Source: Bacteroidales bacterium (GTDB lineage: Bacteria; Bacteroidota; Bacteroidia; Bacteroidales; P3). From it: 64,000 nucleotides of DNA. Shown piece by piece: positions 1-8,523 of this stretch; positions within the stretch are counted from its first letter, which is position 1, and every line of letters begins with the position of its first letter. Where the stretch lies: positions 1,007 to 65,006 of the forward strand of contig JAFZDP010000033.1 in the NCBI GenBank assembly GCA_017561155.1, read 5' to 3'. The notes under the pieces were generated by a model, which had not been told where the DNA came from, did not search any database, and saw only the letters and a list, made by a program, of their open reading frames with translations. A program made the position numbers and the translations under genes.

Positions 1-1
1 A

Positions 2-1186
2 AAGCTGGAATTGTTAATTAAAAGACTAAATTTATCTGAAAGGGTAAGTCCGTTTATAAAACAAAAGGAAATAAAAGAACTTTTAGATTACTATTTTTTG
101 ACAGAAGCAGAGAGTGACAGAATGACTAATTTGGGTGTTCTGTTTATTGGAACACAATCGCAAAGAGGTAGATTAATGAATAGTCCGGTTATTCAATGTA
201 TTAAATATGATGATAAGGGAGAGAAGGTACAAAAATATTTGTGGGACGATTTTTCGATGACTCCTGAAGAAATTATAGAAGATGTTTGGAATAGAATACC
301 TGATTGGAAAGAAACAAATGAAATCAGTGAGGGACTGTTTCGTAAAGAAATTTCAGCATACGATAAGGAGGTGATACGAGAATTGGTATGTAATGCATTG
401 GTACATCGCCCATACACAATCAGTGGTGATATATTTATAAATATTCACCCTAATCGTATTGAAGTGAAAAATCCCGGAACATTGCCATTGGGTGTTACTC
501 CTGAAAATATTTTGCATAAAACTGTTAAACGAAATGAACATTTTGCCAATCTTTGTTATGCACTGATGTTGATGGAGAGAGAAGGATCGGGATATGATAA
601 AATGTATGAGATACAATTGAGTAATGGTAAGCAAATACCAAGGGTGTTAGAAAGTGAAGATTCGGTTACAGCTATTGTTGAACGTCGAATAATAAGCAAG
701 GAAGCTGTAAAAGTGATACGCGAGGCTTTGTTAATGGCAGATTTGAAGCAAAAACAAATAATTTGTTTAGGGTTAATAGTTCAATATGAAACTATATCGG
801 CGACTAATTTGATACGAATACTAAATCTTAAAAACAGAGAAGATCTTTCGCCTTGGTTAAATCCTTTATTGGAGTATGGAATTGTCGAAACTATTGGATC
901 TCATAGGGCAAAAGAATACCGAATAAATACATCTGTACTTAAACAAAGCGATTATAAAGGCACAACCTCTTTGAAAAGGGTAGAAGACTATCGTATTAAG
1001 GAATTGATAATAGAGGATTTAAAAATATATGATTGTGCTCCTCTTAAAGATATTCATCAACGAGTAGGAAAAGAGATACCTTATAAAAAGATTTTGGCAC
1101 AAATAAAATCATTGATTGCAGAAGGAATTGTGGCAGAAATTGGACACAATAGATGGGTAAAGTATCGATTATTAAGGAAAATGTGA
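2..1186 (+). CDS. Putative ATP-binding transcriptional regulator (divergent AAA / HATPase_c_4 type); 5' end lies outside the window
   Basis: The frame is open from base 2 up to the listed TTG at 11, so the window edge truncates the gene. Motifs NALVHRPY, IEVKNPG, EREGSGYDKM and a winged-helix-like C-terminus match my recollection of this family. Confidence 0.6.
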   Translation, partial: KLELLIKRLNLSERVSPFIKQKEIKELLDYYFLTEAESDRMTNLGVLFIGTQSQRGRLMNSPVIQCIKYDDKGEKVQKYLWDDFSMTPEEIIEDVWNRIPDWKETNEISEGLFRKEISAYDKEVIRELVCNALVHRPYTISGDIFINIHPNRIEVKNPGTLPLGVTPENILHKTVKRNEHFANLCYALMLMEREGSGYDKMYEIQLSNGKQIPRVLESEDSVTAIVERRIISKEAVKVIREALLMADLKQKQIICLGLIVQYETISATNLIRILNLKNREDLSPWLNPLLEYGIVETIGSHRAKEYRINTSVLKQSDYKGTTSLKRVEDYRIKELIIEDLKIYDCAPLKDIHQRVGKEIPYKKILAQIKSLIAEGIVAEIGHNRWVKYRLLRKM

Positions 1187-1221
1187 TTCTCATTTCCAAA
1201 ATAGTAAATAGAAACTAACAA

Positions 1222-1258
1222 GAAATGATAAAAGGAAATGATAAAAGGAAATGATAAG
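1222..1258. repeat. 13-bp tandem repeat GAAATGATAAAAG x3 (last copy shortened)
   Basis: Read directly; it starts 36 nt after the stop at 1186. Confidence 0.9.
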
Positions 1259-1395
1259 TTTCTTAAGCTTTAAAATCAACACTTTAACAAAATAAATAGT
1301 TTGAATTTATTTAAAATAGAACATTTGAATAAGCTACAATTGGAGTTGTTAACCAAGAGTTATCGTCTGTAGTTATAGAAAACTAATGAGCTTTA

Positions 1396-2018
1396 GGGCT
1401 TCGCTAACGCTTTGCAGACTACGAGACTACGAGTGGGGCTACGCTGCGCTTCGCTGACAACGGACAACAGACAAAGGACAACGGAGGGCTACGCTAACGC
1501 TTCGCCAGACTACGAGACTACGAGACAACTAGTCAACAAGACAACAAGTAGGGCGGTAGTCGGAACAAGGGAATTACGGATCTACGGAATTACGGAGGGC
1601 TTCGCCTGGGGATAGAAAGTAGAGAAAGTAGAGAAAGTACAGAAAGTACAGAAAGAACCTTCTATACCCTCTATACCTTCTGTACCCTCTATACCCAAAG
1701 AAATCCTTTAAACATAAAAAAGACTGTAGTCTGTTGACCGTAGTCCGTAGTCCTAGAAAAGAACTTTAGACTTATGACATTAGCCTTTCGACATTAAGTA
1801 AAGCTTCGCTGCGCTTCGCCAGAGAAACGACAAAAGCCATGAGACAAAAGAGACATTAGACTTTAAACCAAACAACTAGTAGTCTCGTAGTCCTAATAAA
1901 TACTCTCTATACTCTCTAGACTATTCTATACCCAAAGTAAACCTTTAGCCTTTTGTCATTTGCCTTTAGACATTAAACAAAAAACGACTGTAGTCCGTAG
2001 TCCATTGTCTGTAGTCCT
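1396..2018. repeat. Mosaic microsatellite block A (header + 7-9 bp unit modules; forward half to about 1655, then reverse-complement vocabulary)
   Basis: Forward half: GGGCTTCGCTAACGC..AGAC(TACGAGAC)n, (AACGGAC)n, (TACGGAAT)n, (TAGAGAAAG)n. Reverse half: (CTCTATACC)n, (CGTAGTC)n. Shares 66-100 nt identities with blocks B and C. Confidence 0.95.
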
Positions 2019-2051
2019 AAAAAAATACTTGTCTATATCGCGGAAAAGTTG

Positions 2052-2059
2052 TAATTTTG
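2052..2059 (+). promoter_or_regulatory. Bacteroidota -7 box TAATTTTG
   Basis: Matches TAnnTTTG; 37 nt upstream of the ATG at 2096. Confidence 0.6.
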
Positions 2060-2095
2060 CAAACCGAAATATTTGAAATAATTCGGTATTAATAT

Positions 2096-2713
2096 ATGTT
2101 AATGAATAAGGATTCTACAATAAAGTCAAAGATATTCAAGCGTTTGAAAGATAGTCCTGAAAACAGTGTTTTCTTTTTGAGTGACTTTTCTGAATTAGGT
2201 TCTATCGAAACAATAAGAAAAGTATTGTTTCAAGCTCGTTTGCAAGGATTGATTACAAATCTTTGCCACGGAATATATCTTAAACCGATGCTGTCGCGTT
2301 TTGGCGAAGTGCCACCTCCATTAGAAACGATAGCCGAGGCTATTGCCGAAAGAGATCATGTAGAAATAATGCCTACAGGTAGTACAGCTGCAAATATTTT
2401 GGGTCTATCGACACAAGTTCCTATGATTGTTTCATATCTTACCACCGGGTCTTCAAGAAAAATTCCAATTAAAAACAGGATTATTATATTCAAACATGCC
2501 GCCCCACGAAATTTTGCATATAAGGGGAAAACCATTCCATTGATAGTACAGGCTTTGAAAGAATTAGGTAAAGCAAATATTGATGAATCTACGTTGTCGA
2601 CTCTGTCGGCATATATAGACAAAGCGAAAGACTGCGATACATTTGCCACTGATATATTGTTGGCTCCGCAATGGATACAAGCTATTGTTAAACCAATGAT
2701 TAAAAGCTATTGA
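2096..2713 (+). CDS. AbiEi-type antitoxin / transcriptional regulator (type IV toxin-antitoxin, abortive infection)
   Basis: 205 aa. N-terminal wHTH-like region and overall similarity to AbiEi/DUF6088 proteins as I recall them. Directly followed by an AbiEii gene (stop 2711-2713, next ATG 2716). Confidence 0.7.
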   Translation: MLMNKDSTIKSKIFKRLKDSPENSVFFLSDFSELGSIETIRKVLFQARLQGLITNLCHGIYLKPMLSRFGEVPPPLETIAEAIAERDHVEIMPTGSTAANILGLSTQVPMIVSYLTTGSSRKIPIKNRIIIFKHAAPRNFAYKGKTIPLIVQALKELGKANIDESTLSTLSAYIDKAKDCDTFATDILLAPQWIQAIVKPMIKSY

Positions 2714-2715
2714 AT

Positions 2716-3735
2716 ATGAAACATTGGCAACAATATGACGCCGAAGAACAGCTTCAGTTGCTCGACATTACGAGTGGAGCTACGGGGCTTCCTCGATTGG
2801 CAATAGAAAAAGATTGGTGGGTAACAGTAGTTTTGAAAGCACTATCGTTAACACAATTTTCACATCTGATGTCGTTTAAAGGAGGTACATCGTTATCAAA
2901 AGGATGGCAATTGATAAACCGCTTTAGCGAAGATATAGACATTGCTTTGAAAAGGGAAGAGCATTTTCTTATTAAAGGTACATCTAATAACCAATTAGCA
3001 AAAGTTCGCAGAACAGCAAGACATTACATTATAAGGGAATTACCGTTGGAACTTAATTTGGCATTAGAATCGTTTGGTGTAACGAATTTTACTATAGAGC
3101 CCGAAATATCGCGAACCAAAGATGGGGTAACTAAAGAACTTCGTGCAGATACAGACCCTTCGGTTATTTTTGTAAATTACAACAGCATTGTTCCCGAGAC
3201 GTCTGAATATGTACAACCAAGAGTCAAAATAGAGATCAGTTGTCGTTCGATGGACGAACCTATAAAAGAATTGCAGTTTAGCTCGTTTATTTCAACTTCG
3301 GTGCCGGAGTCGGAAGATATGGAAGTGAAATTCAATACAGTAATTCCCACAAGAACTTTTTTGGAGAAAATATTTTTATTGCACGAAGAATTTCTTAGTG
3401 AACGACCTCGAAGTTATCGTATGTCGCGACATTTGTATGATTTGGAAAAAATAATGGATAACGATTTTGGTTTAAATGCATTGTCGGACGGACAACTTTA
3501 TATGGATATTGTGAACCACAGAAGTATATTTAACAAACTTACAAATGTAGACTATAGCAGTCACTATCCGTGCCGTATTAATTTTCTTCCTCCAACATCT
3601 GTTATAAATGAATGGGAAAATGACTATAACAAAATGAAAGAAACCTTTATTTATGACCCGAATAAGATACCTTTTGATAACCTTGTAAAGAGAATGAGAG
3701 AACTACAAGAACGTGTCAGAAAGATTAAGATTTAA
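2716..3735 (+). CDS. AbiEii/AbiGii-family nucleotidyltransferase toxin
   Basis: Motif FKGGTSLSKGW..INRFSEDIDI is typical of AbiEii nucleotidyltransferases. I prefer the ATG at 2716 to the track's TTG at 2710. Confidence 0.8.
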   Translation: MKHWQQYDAEEQLQLLDITSGATGLPRLAIEKDWWVTVVLKALSLTQFSHLMSFKGGTSLSKGWQLINRFSEDIDIALKREEHFLIKGTSNNQLAKVRRTARHYIIRELPLELNLALESFGVTNFTIEPEISRTKDGVTKELRADTDPSVIFVNYNSIVPETSEYVQPRVKIEISCRSMDEPIKELQFSSFISTSVPESEDMEVKFNTVIPTRTFLEKIFLLHEEFLSERPRSYRMSRHLYDLEKIMDNDFGLNALSDGQLYMDIVNHRSIFNKLTNVDYSSHYPCRINFLPPTSVINEWENDYNKMKETFIYDPNKIPFDNLVKRMRELQERVRKIKI

Positions 3736-4317
3736 GGCTTCGCCGGGGCTGCGACAGACAAAGGACAAAAGTCGTAAGACAAAAGAAGCTCGTTAGACTT
3801 ATGACATTAGCCTTTCGACATTAAGTAAGGCTTTGCTGGGGCTGTGCCAGACTACGAGACAACTAGTCAACAAGACAACAAGTGGAGGCTGCGCTGGGGC
3901 TGCGCCGGAAATACGGAATCACGGAATTACGGAGGGCTTCGCGACAAAGGACAAAAGACGTAAGGCAAAAGGTGAGCTTCGCTAGACTACGCAAATAACA
4001 GACAACGGACAACAGACAACGGAGGGCGGTTGCCGGATCTAGGGATTTACGGAATCACGGAATTACGGAGGCTTCGCTGGACCTACGGATCTACGGAGTC
4101 ACGGAACTACGGAAACACTTTCTGTACACTCTATACCATTCTATACTCTCTCTACCTTTCGACTTTAATCCTTAAACAAAAAACGACTGTAGTCCGTTGA
4201 CCGTAGTCTGTAGTCTTAAAAATACTCTCTATACCCAAAGAAATCCTTTAAACATAAAAAAGACTGTAGTCTGTTGACCGTAGTCCGTAGTCTATCGAAT
4301 AAAAAAAATCGTAGTCC
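3736..4317. repeat. Mosaic microsatellite block B
   Basis: Starts on the base after the AbiEii stop codon and ends on the stop codon of the convergent ATPase gene. Same module vocabulary as the other blocks. 4227-4292 is identical to 1687-1752. Confidence 0.95.
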
Positions 4318-5564
4318 TAAAGCATCCAGCGCCAACACGGCATTATTATGATTTCCTTTCCATCGGGCAATGAAATTGTTTCAGATTCTGTCAACGTCAG
4401 TATTATGCCGGAGTTTAAACCAAAAGCATCCATAGCAGTTTGCAAGCCTTTCAGTTCTCGACTGCGAGTAGGTTCGGACTCCATAGATGCCGTAACTTGT
4501 ATAACTTGTTTGACAGTATTTCTTTCTCTAACAACGAAATCACATTCAGCACCATCGTTGTAATAAAATACATTTCCACCTCTTCTCAACAATTCCACAG
4601 CTACCAAATTTTCCAACCAGCGACCAATATTTTTACTCATATTAAATCCTATTTGAGAGGCTAATGCGTTGTCGATAAAATAAATCTTCTTTGGACTACG
4701 CAACTGAACACCTACTTTGGGACTATATTTACATAGCTGAGAAATCAAATAAGTTTGCTCTATATTATCGATCCACGAAGATATAGTGTCGGAACTTGAT
4801 ATACCTATATTTTTTGCTACAGAATTGTAGGTGCATAGATTAGTAGCATTACTAGCCAAGTAGAAAAGCATTTCTCGCAATTGACGTTCCGATGAGATTT
4901 TATTTCGGACAATGACATCACGAAAAACTATATCGGAATAGATGGATTTCAGATAATTCTCACTGCCATTATTCAAATACTGAGGGAAGCCACCCTTGAC
5001 AAGATACTCTTGAAAAGATGAAGATAATAGAGCTTTGCCTTTTGTAGTAAAAAAATCTTTACGACTAAAATCGATACCAAGAAATTCGAGATATTCGGCA
5101 AAAGAGAATGGATACAACTCGTGAGTAACATGTCGTCCGGTGAGTAATGTGCCCATTTCTTTGCTTAAAAGATGAGCATTGCTACCGGTAACAAATACTT
5201 TATTGCCTGAAGAATACAGTCGGCTTACAAATCGTTCCCAGCCATCTATATTTTGAATTTCATCGAAATAGTAGGTATGCTGTTCTCCAAATTCTTCATG
5301 AAATAACTCGTCGAGCTTTTGAAAGTCTTCTACAGTAAACGACAACAACCTTTCATCATCGAAGTTTATATAATAATCCCGTTCGCTACGAGAAGTTTGT
5401 ATTTGACGTAAAAGAACCGACTTACCACAGCGACGTACACCAGTAATAACAAGAACTTCGGCACAATTTAGTAATTTCGAATCTATTTTTCGAGCAATTA
5501 TATTGTGTAATTTATATTCTTTTTGCTCGTAAATTATCTGTAAAAGAGTATCTTTCGTTATCAT
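4317..5564 (-). CDS. AAA+ ATPase with DUF4143-type C-terminal domain (COG1373-like)
   Basis: Walker A GVRRCGKS and a Walker B-like YYFDEIQ. I chose the start at the internal Met (MITKDTLL) because a TATATTTG box lies 21 nt upstream of it. Confidence 0.75.
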   Translation of the reverse strand: MITKDTLLQIIYEQKEYKLHNIIARKIDSKLLNCAEVLVITGVRRCGKSVLLRQIQTSRSERDYYINFDDERLLSFTVEDFQKLDELFHEEFGEQHTYYFDEIQNIDGWERFVSRLYSSGNKVFVTGSNAHLLSKEMGTLLTGRHVTHELYPFSFAEYLEFLGIDFSRKDFFTTKGKALLSSSFQEYLVKGGFPQYLNNGSENYLKSIYSDIVFRDVIVRNKISSERQLREMLFYLASNATNLCTYNSVAKNIGISSSDTISSWIDNIEQTYLISQLCKYSPKVGVQLRSPKKIYFIDNALASQIGFNMSKNIGRWLENLVAVELLRRGGNVFYYNDGAECDFVVRERNTVKQVIQVTASMESEPTRSRELKGLQTAMDAFGLNSGIILTLTESETISLPDGKEIIIMPCWRWML

Positions 5565-5584
5565 AATACTTGTGTTTTGTCTGG

Positions 5585-5592
5585 CAAATATA
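5585..5592 (-). promoter_or_regulatory. -7 box TATATTTG (minus strand)
   Basis: Plus strand reads CAAATATA; 21 nt upstream of the ATG at 5564. Confidence 0.55.
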
Positions 5593-5668
5593 CGAATAAT
5601 TTCCCAATGGCAGTAGGAAAATAAAAAAAAACTTCCTATTATCATTGGGAAGTTTTGTTAATAAGACG

Positions 5669-6070
5669 TGGGCTACGCTGGTGCTTCGCAGACTACGAGA
5701 CTACCAGTCAACTAGACAACGAGTGGGGCGGTAGCCGGAACAAGGGAATTACGGATCTACGGAATTACGGAGGGCTTCGCGACAAAGGACAAAAGACGTA
5801 AGGCAAAAGGTGAGCTTCGCTAGACTACGCAAATAACAGACAACGGACAACGGAGGGCGGTTGCCGGAACAAGGGATTTACGGATCTACGGAATTACGGA
5901 GGGCTTCGCCTGGGGATAGAAAGTAGAGAAAGTACAGAAAGTACAGAAAGAACCCTCTATACCTTTTATACCCTCTATACCCTCTATACCCAAAGAAATC
6001 CTTTAGACATAAAAAAGACTGTAGTCCGTTGACCGTGGTCCGTAGTCCGTAGTTCTTAAAAAATAGTCCT
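5669..6070. repeat. Mosaic microsatellite block C (cleanest exemplar)
   Basis: Six forward modules are followed by (CTCTATACC)4 and (CGTAGTC)n. 5761-5868 equals 3923-4037 minus one 7-nt unit. Confidence 0.95.
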
Positions 6071-6113
6071 AAAAAAACTTCCCTTGAGTGTAATACTTAA
6101 GGGAAGTTTTTTT
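6071..6113. terminator. Bidirectional intrinsic terminator hairpin
   Basis: Stem CTTCCCTT (6078-6085) pairs with AAGGGAAG (6099-6106). It is flanked by an A-run and a T-run and lies just downstream of the minus-strand gene ending at 6141. Confidence 0.7.
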
Positions 6114-6140
6114 GTTTGTGTATATTTATTTTGCTTTTGT

Positions 6141-6728
6141 CTACCAGCCTGGACGAGTGTTTGAATGTATTCTTAACACTATACCGATAGAAAGATAGTT
6201 GTAAAATGCGGCATTGTTGAAGTTTGTCATACAGAAAACTTTGTCTTCGACATTGAAGTAAACATTTTCTGCGATACGGGTGTATGCACCCAAACCGAAG
6301 TTTACATAGTATCCAAAGCTACCAAGAAAATCGTTGTTTTTTCCCATCAAAACACCCACACAAGGTGTAGCATATAGGTCGAAAATTCTGTTTCTGGAAT
6401 ATCCGGAGAATGTTTCGGATATCGAGAAGTTTATCCCTGCACCAACCATTGCCATACTACCTAAGTCGTAGTCGTCGTTTAGGACGCTGTGTAGGTATGC
6501 TTCGGTGCGAACTGTCCAATAAGGATTTATCTTTTTACCTACATTGACACCGGCACCCCAGTGTATGTAGTCGGAGGCTGTGAAACCACCATTGGCAGCA
6601 AAAATCCATTCTTCGTGCCATCTATAAGTTGGGTATTCTCTCATCTCCCAATTTTTTTGCGAATAGGCACTATTGGCAAAAACTACACTCAAGAGTGCTA
6701 CTAAAAAAATGTATTTACTTTGTTTCAT
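6141..6728 (-). CDS. Putative outer-membrane beta-barrel protein (signal peptide)
   Basis: N-terminal MKQSKYIFLVALLSVVFANSAYSQ signal sequence, alternating aromatic/Gly-rich segments and an aromatic C-terminus. Confidence 0.5.
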   Translation of the reverse strand: MKQSKYIFLVALLSVVFANSAYSQKNWEMREYPTYRWHEEWIFAANGGFTASDYIHWGAGVNVGKKINPYWTVRTEAYLHSVLNDDYDLGSMAMVGAGINFSISETFSGYSRNRIFDLYATPCVGVLMGKNNDFLGSFGYYVNFGLGAYTRIAENVYFNVEDKVFCMTNFNNAAFYNYLSIGIVLRIHSNTRPGW

Positions 6729-6748
6729 GTTTAATATGTGTTTGTTTT

Positions 6749-7390
6749 TTAATATCTGATAAATGGGTTATAATAATAATTGAATGGCGATAATGATGAC
6801 ATGTGATGGTAGTTGCCGTATAGTGGAAGCATGTCCTTGTTGTTTTTAATAACAGCAACGTTTATGCTTATAGTGTTGTTGTTTTTGGTTTTGTAGTTGA
6901 TGGTTGCTGCTCCGCCGTAGCTGCTGATTTCTCTGGGACAACCAAATAGTGAAAATGCCGGCGACAATGTACCCCCTATATAGAATGCTGTTCCCGAAAT
7001 GTATAGGTTGCTGTCTGCTTGGTATTCGGCTTGTACATAGCCCGATAGCATCTGTGTGGTAGGGGAGTGCGTAGGTATATCTTTACTGCCGTTTCCTATT
7101 TGCATGCCGTGTGGCGAAAGGTCGGAAAGCAATGTAAAGCCTGTGTTTATATTTAGTCTTGGTGTTACCTTGAAATGGAACGATGGCGATATGGCGGTGT
7201 ATGCTGTAGCATCGAAACCATTTGATATTACTCCAGTGCCAAGGGTAAGGTGGTAGTCGTATCTGGGCGAAGAGCAAGTGTCGTTTTTGGCGAAGCGTGA
7301 ATGGTCTTTCCATTGTGCGAAGGTGCAAACGGATATACCCATTGCCATGGCCAACACTATTGATATTTTTGTATATTTCTTGTTCTTCAT
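6749..7390 (-). CDS. Secreted / outer-membrane hypothetical protein
   Basis: Signal peptide MKNKKYTKISIVLAMAMGISVCTFAQ, beta-rich composition and C-terminal ..FIRY. Confidence 0.45.
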   Translation of the reverse strand: MKNKKYTKISIVLAMAMGISVCTFAQWKDHSRFAKNDTCSSPRYDYHLTLGTGVISNGFDATAYTAISPSFHFKVTPRLNINTGFTLLSDLSPHGMQIGNGSKDIPTHSPTTQMLSGYVQAEYQADSNLYISGTAFYIGGTLSPAFSLFGCPREISSYGGAATINYKTKNNNTISINVAVIKNNKDMLPLYGNYHHMSSLSPFNYYYNPFIRY

Positions 7391-7467
7391 TGCTTTTTTC
7401 GATTAGTTTTTTTAGATACGAACAAATAACGACTACATATAGTATAATATTGTTTTACAAATGTTTT

Positions 7468-8262
7468 TTAGTCTCTGTTGATATCTGCCAGAATTTTTGT
7501 GTAGTGTTTAAGGCTGCGTAGTATCAAGGTAATGATTCCTGCTGCTGCAAGGTAGTACAACGAAGGGCGTACCCATTGGAAACCGGCATAGTCTGCCATC
7601 AAGGTGTGGATTCCGAAACTTCTTATATAGTCGATAACGACAAACGAAAGCGACATGGCGAAAAATCCGGCATATTCGCGACGAAGTACAGCTTTGAACG
7701 AAAAAGGAATATTGCCTTTTTGGAAGTTTTTGAAACAGGGAATGAAAGGAGGAACGGTAAGGCTCCAATCGATATATTTTTGTCCGAATTGTTTTTCCAA
7801 GAAACATTCTTCGGCGAACATAATTCTTTCGTAGTATACCCAATATAGCAACGATGTAACCAAGAATAAAGGAATGCTTCCGATAAAGATGAGTAAACCT
7901 GCCCACATCAAATAGTTACCTAAATATAAAGGGTGACGTACTGTAGAGTATATTCCGGTAGAGTTAAGCTCGTTGGCAACTTGTTCTTTGGTGTTTCGTC
8001 CCGATGTTCCGCGAGGTGTTGTTCCAATAGTGTATGCACGTATCCACATTCCGGCCACCGAAACTATGATTCCCACAATGGTAAGTATGGTAAATAATGT
8101 ATCGGTGCTTCCGCCCATAAGCTCTGCAAGGTTGAAATAGCTTTTGGTGTAGTAGCTGAAATAAATAAAAGGTAAACCTAGTAGGAATATAAATACAGGT
8201 ATTTGTCCGCGGTAGCGAAACAAGAAAAGTCCGTTTTTTTCTAATGATTGTTTTAGTGCCAT
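7468..8262 (-). CDS. Isoprenylcysteine carboxyl methyltransferase (ICMT/PEMT)-family membrane methyltransferase
   Basis: Multi-pass membrane protein with GIYSTVRHPLYLGNYLMW, which is characteristic of the ICMT family. Confidence 0.7.
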   Translation of the reverse strand: MALKQSLEKNGLFLFRYRGQIPVFIFLLGLPFIYFSYYTKSYFNLAELMGGSTDTLFTILTIVGIIVSVAGMWIRAYTIGTTPRGTSGRNTKEQVANELNSTGIYSTVRHPLYLGNYLMWAGLLIFIGSIPLFLVTSLLYWVYYERIMFAEECFLEKQFGQKYIDWSLTVPPFIPCFKNFQKGNIPFSFKAVLRREYAGFFAMSLSFVVIDYIRSFGIHTLMADYAGFQWVRPSLYYLAAAGIITLILRSLKHYTKILADINRD

Positions 8263-8333
8263 TTCTATTAAATATTTGATATATAATTGTATTACATAGC
8301 TTCGATATAGTTATTATCCGAGCTTTGAAGTTG

Positions 8334-8341
8334 CAAATATA
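8334..8341 (-). promoter_or_regulatory. -7 box TATATTTG (minus strand)
   Basis: Plus strand reads CAAATATA; 72 nt upstream of the ATG at 8262. Confidence 0.45.
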
Positions 8342-8450
8342 CGCTTTTTTTTTGACATTATGAAACATATATTTTTAGGTTTGCAGCAAGTTTTAAATCA
8401 TTAAGCAAAGGGTAGGGGGTATGCTGTGTATGTATGGCAGAAAAAGTGGT

Positions 8451-8487
8451 AAAAAATAAGGCTTAAAGCCAGTGTGCTTTAAGCCTT
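8451..8487 (-). terminator. Intrinsic terminator of the Na/Pi transporter gene
   Basis: Stem AAGGCTTAAAG pairs with CTTTAAGCCTT. The A-run on the plus strand gives a T-run on the minus strand. Confidence 0.7.
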
Positions 8488-8523
8488 GTGTAGTTAAACT
8501 TAAAATCTAAACAAAATCTATAT

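Noticed and set aside
1396-6113. Interpreting the block-cassette-block arrangement as a classical integron or an IS/transposon composite.
   Set aside because: No integrase, transposase or attC-like 60-140 bp single imperfect palindromes are present in the window. The cassettes carry their own promoters and are in mixed orientation. The idea survives only as a loose analogy in the findings.
7056-8368. Overlapping ORFs 7056-7256, 7083-7328, 7297-7521, 7508-7906, 7576-7848 and 7964-8368.
   Set aside because: They are nested within or antisense to the better-supported signal-peptide protein (6749-7390) and the ICMT-like methyltransferase (7468-8262).
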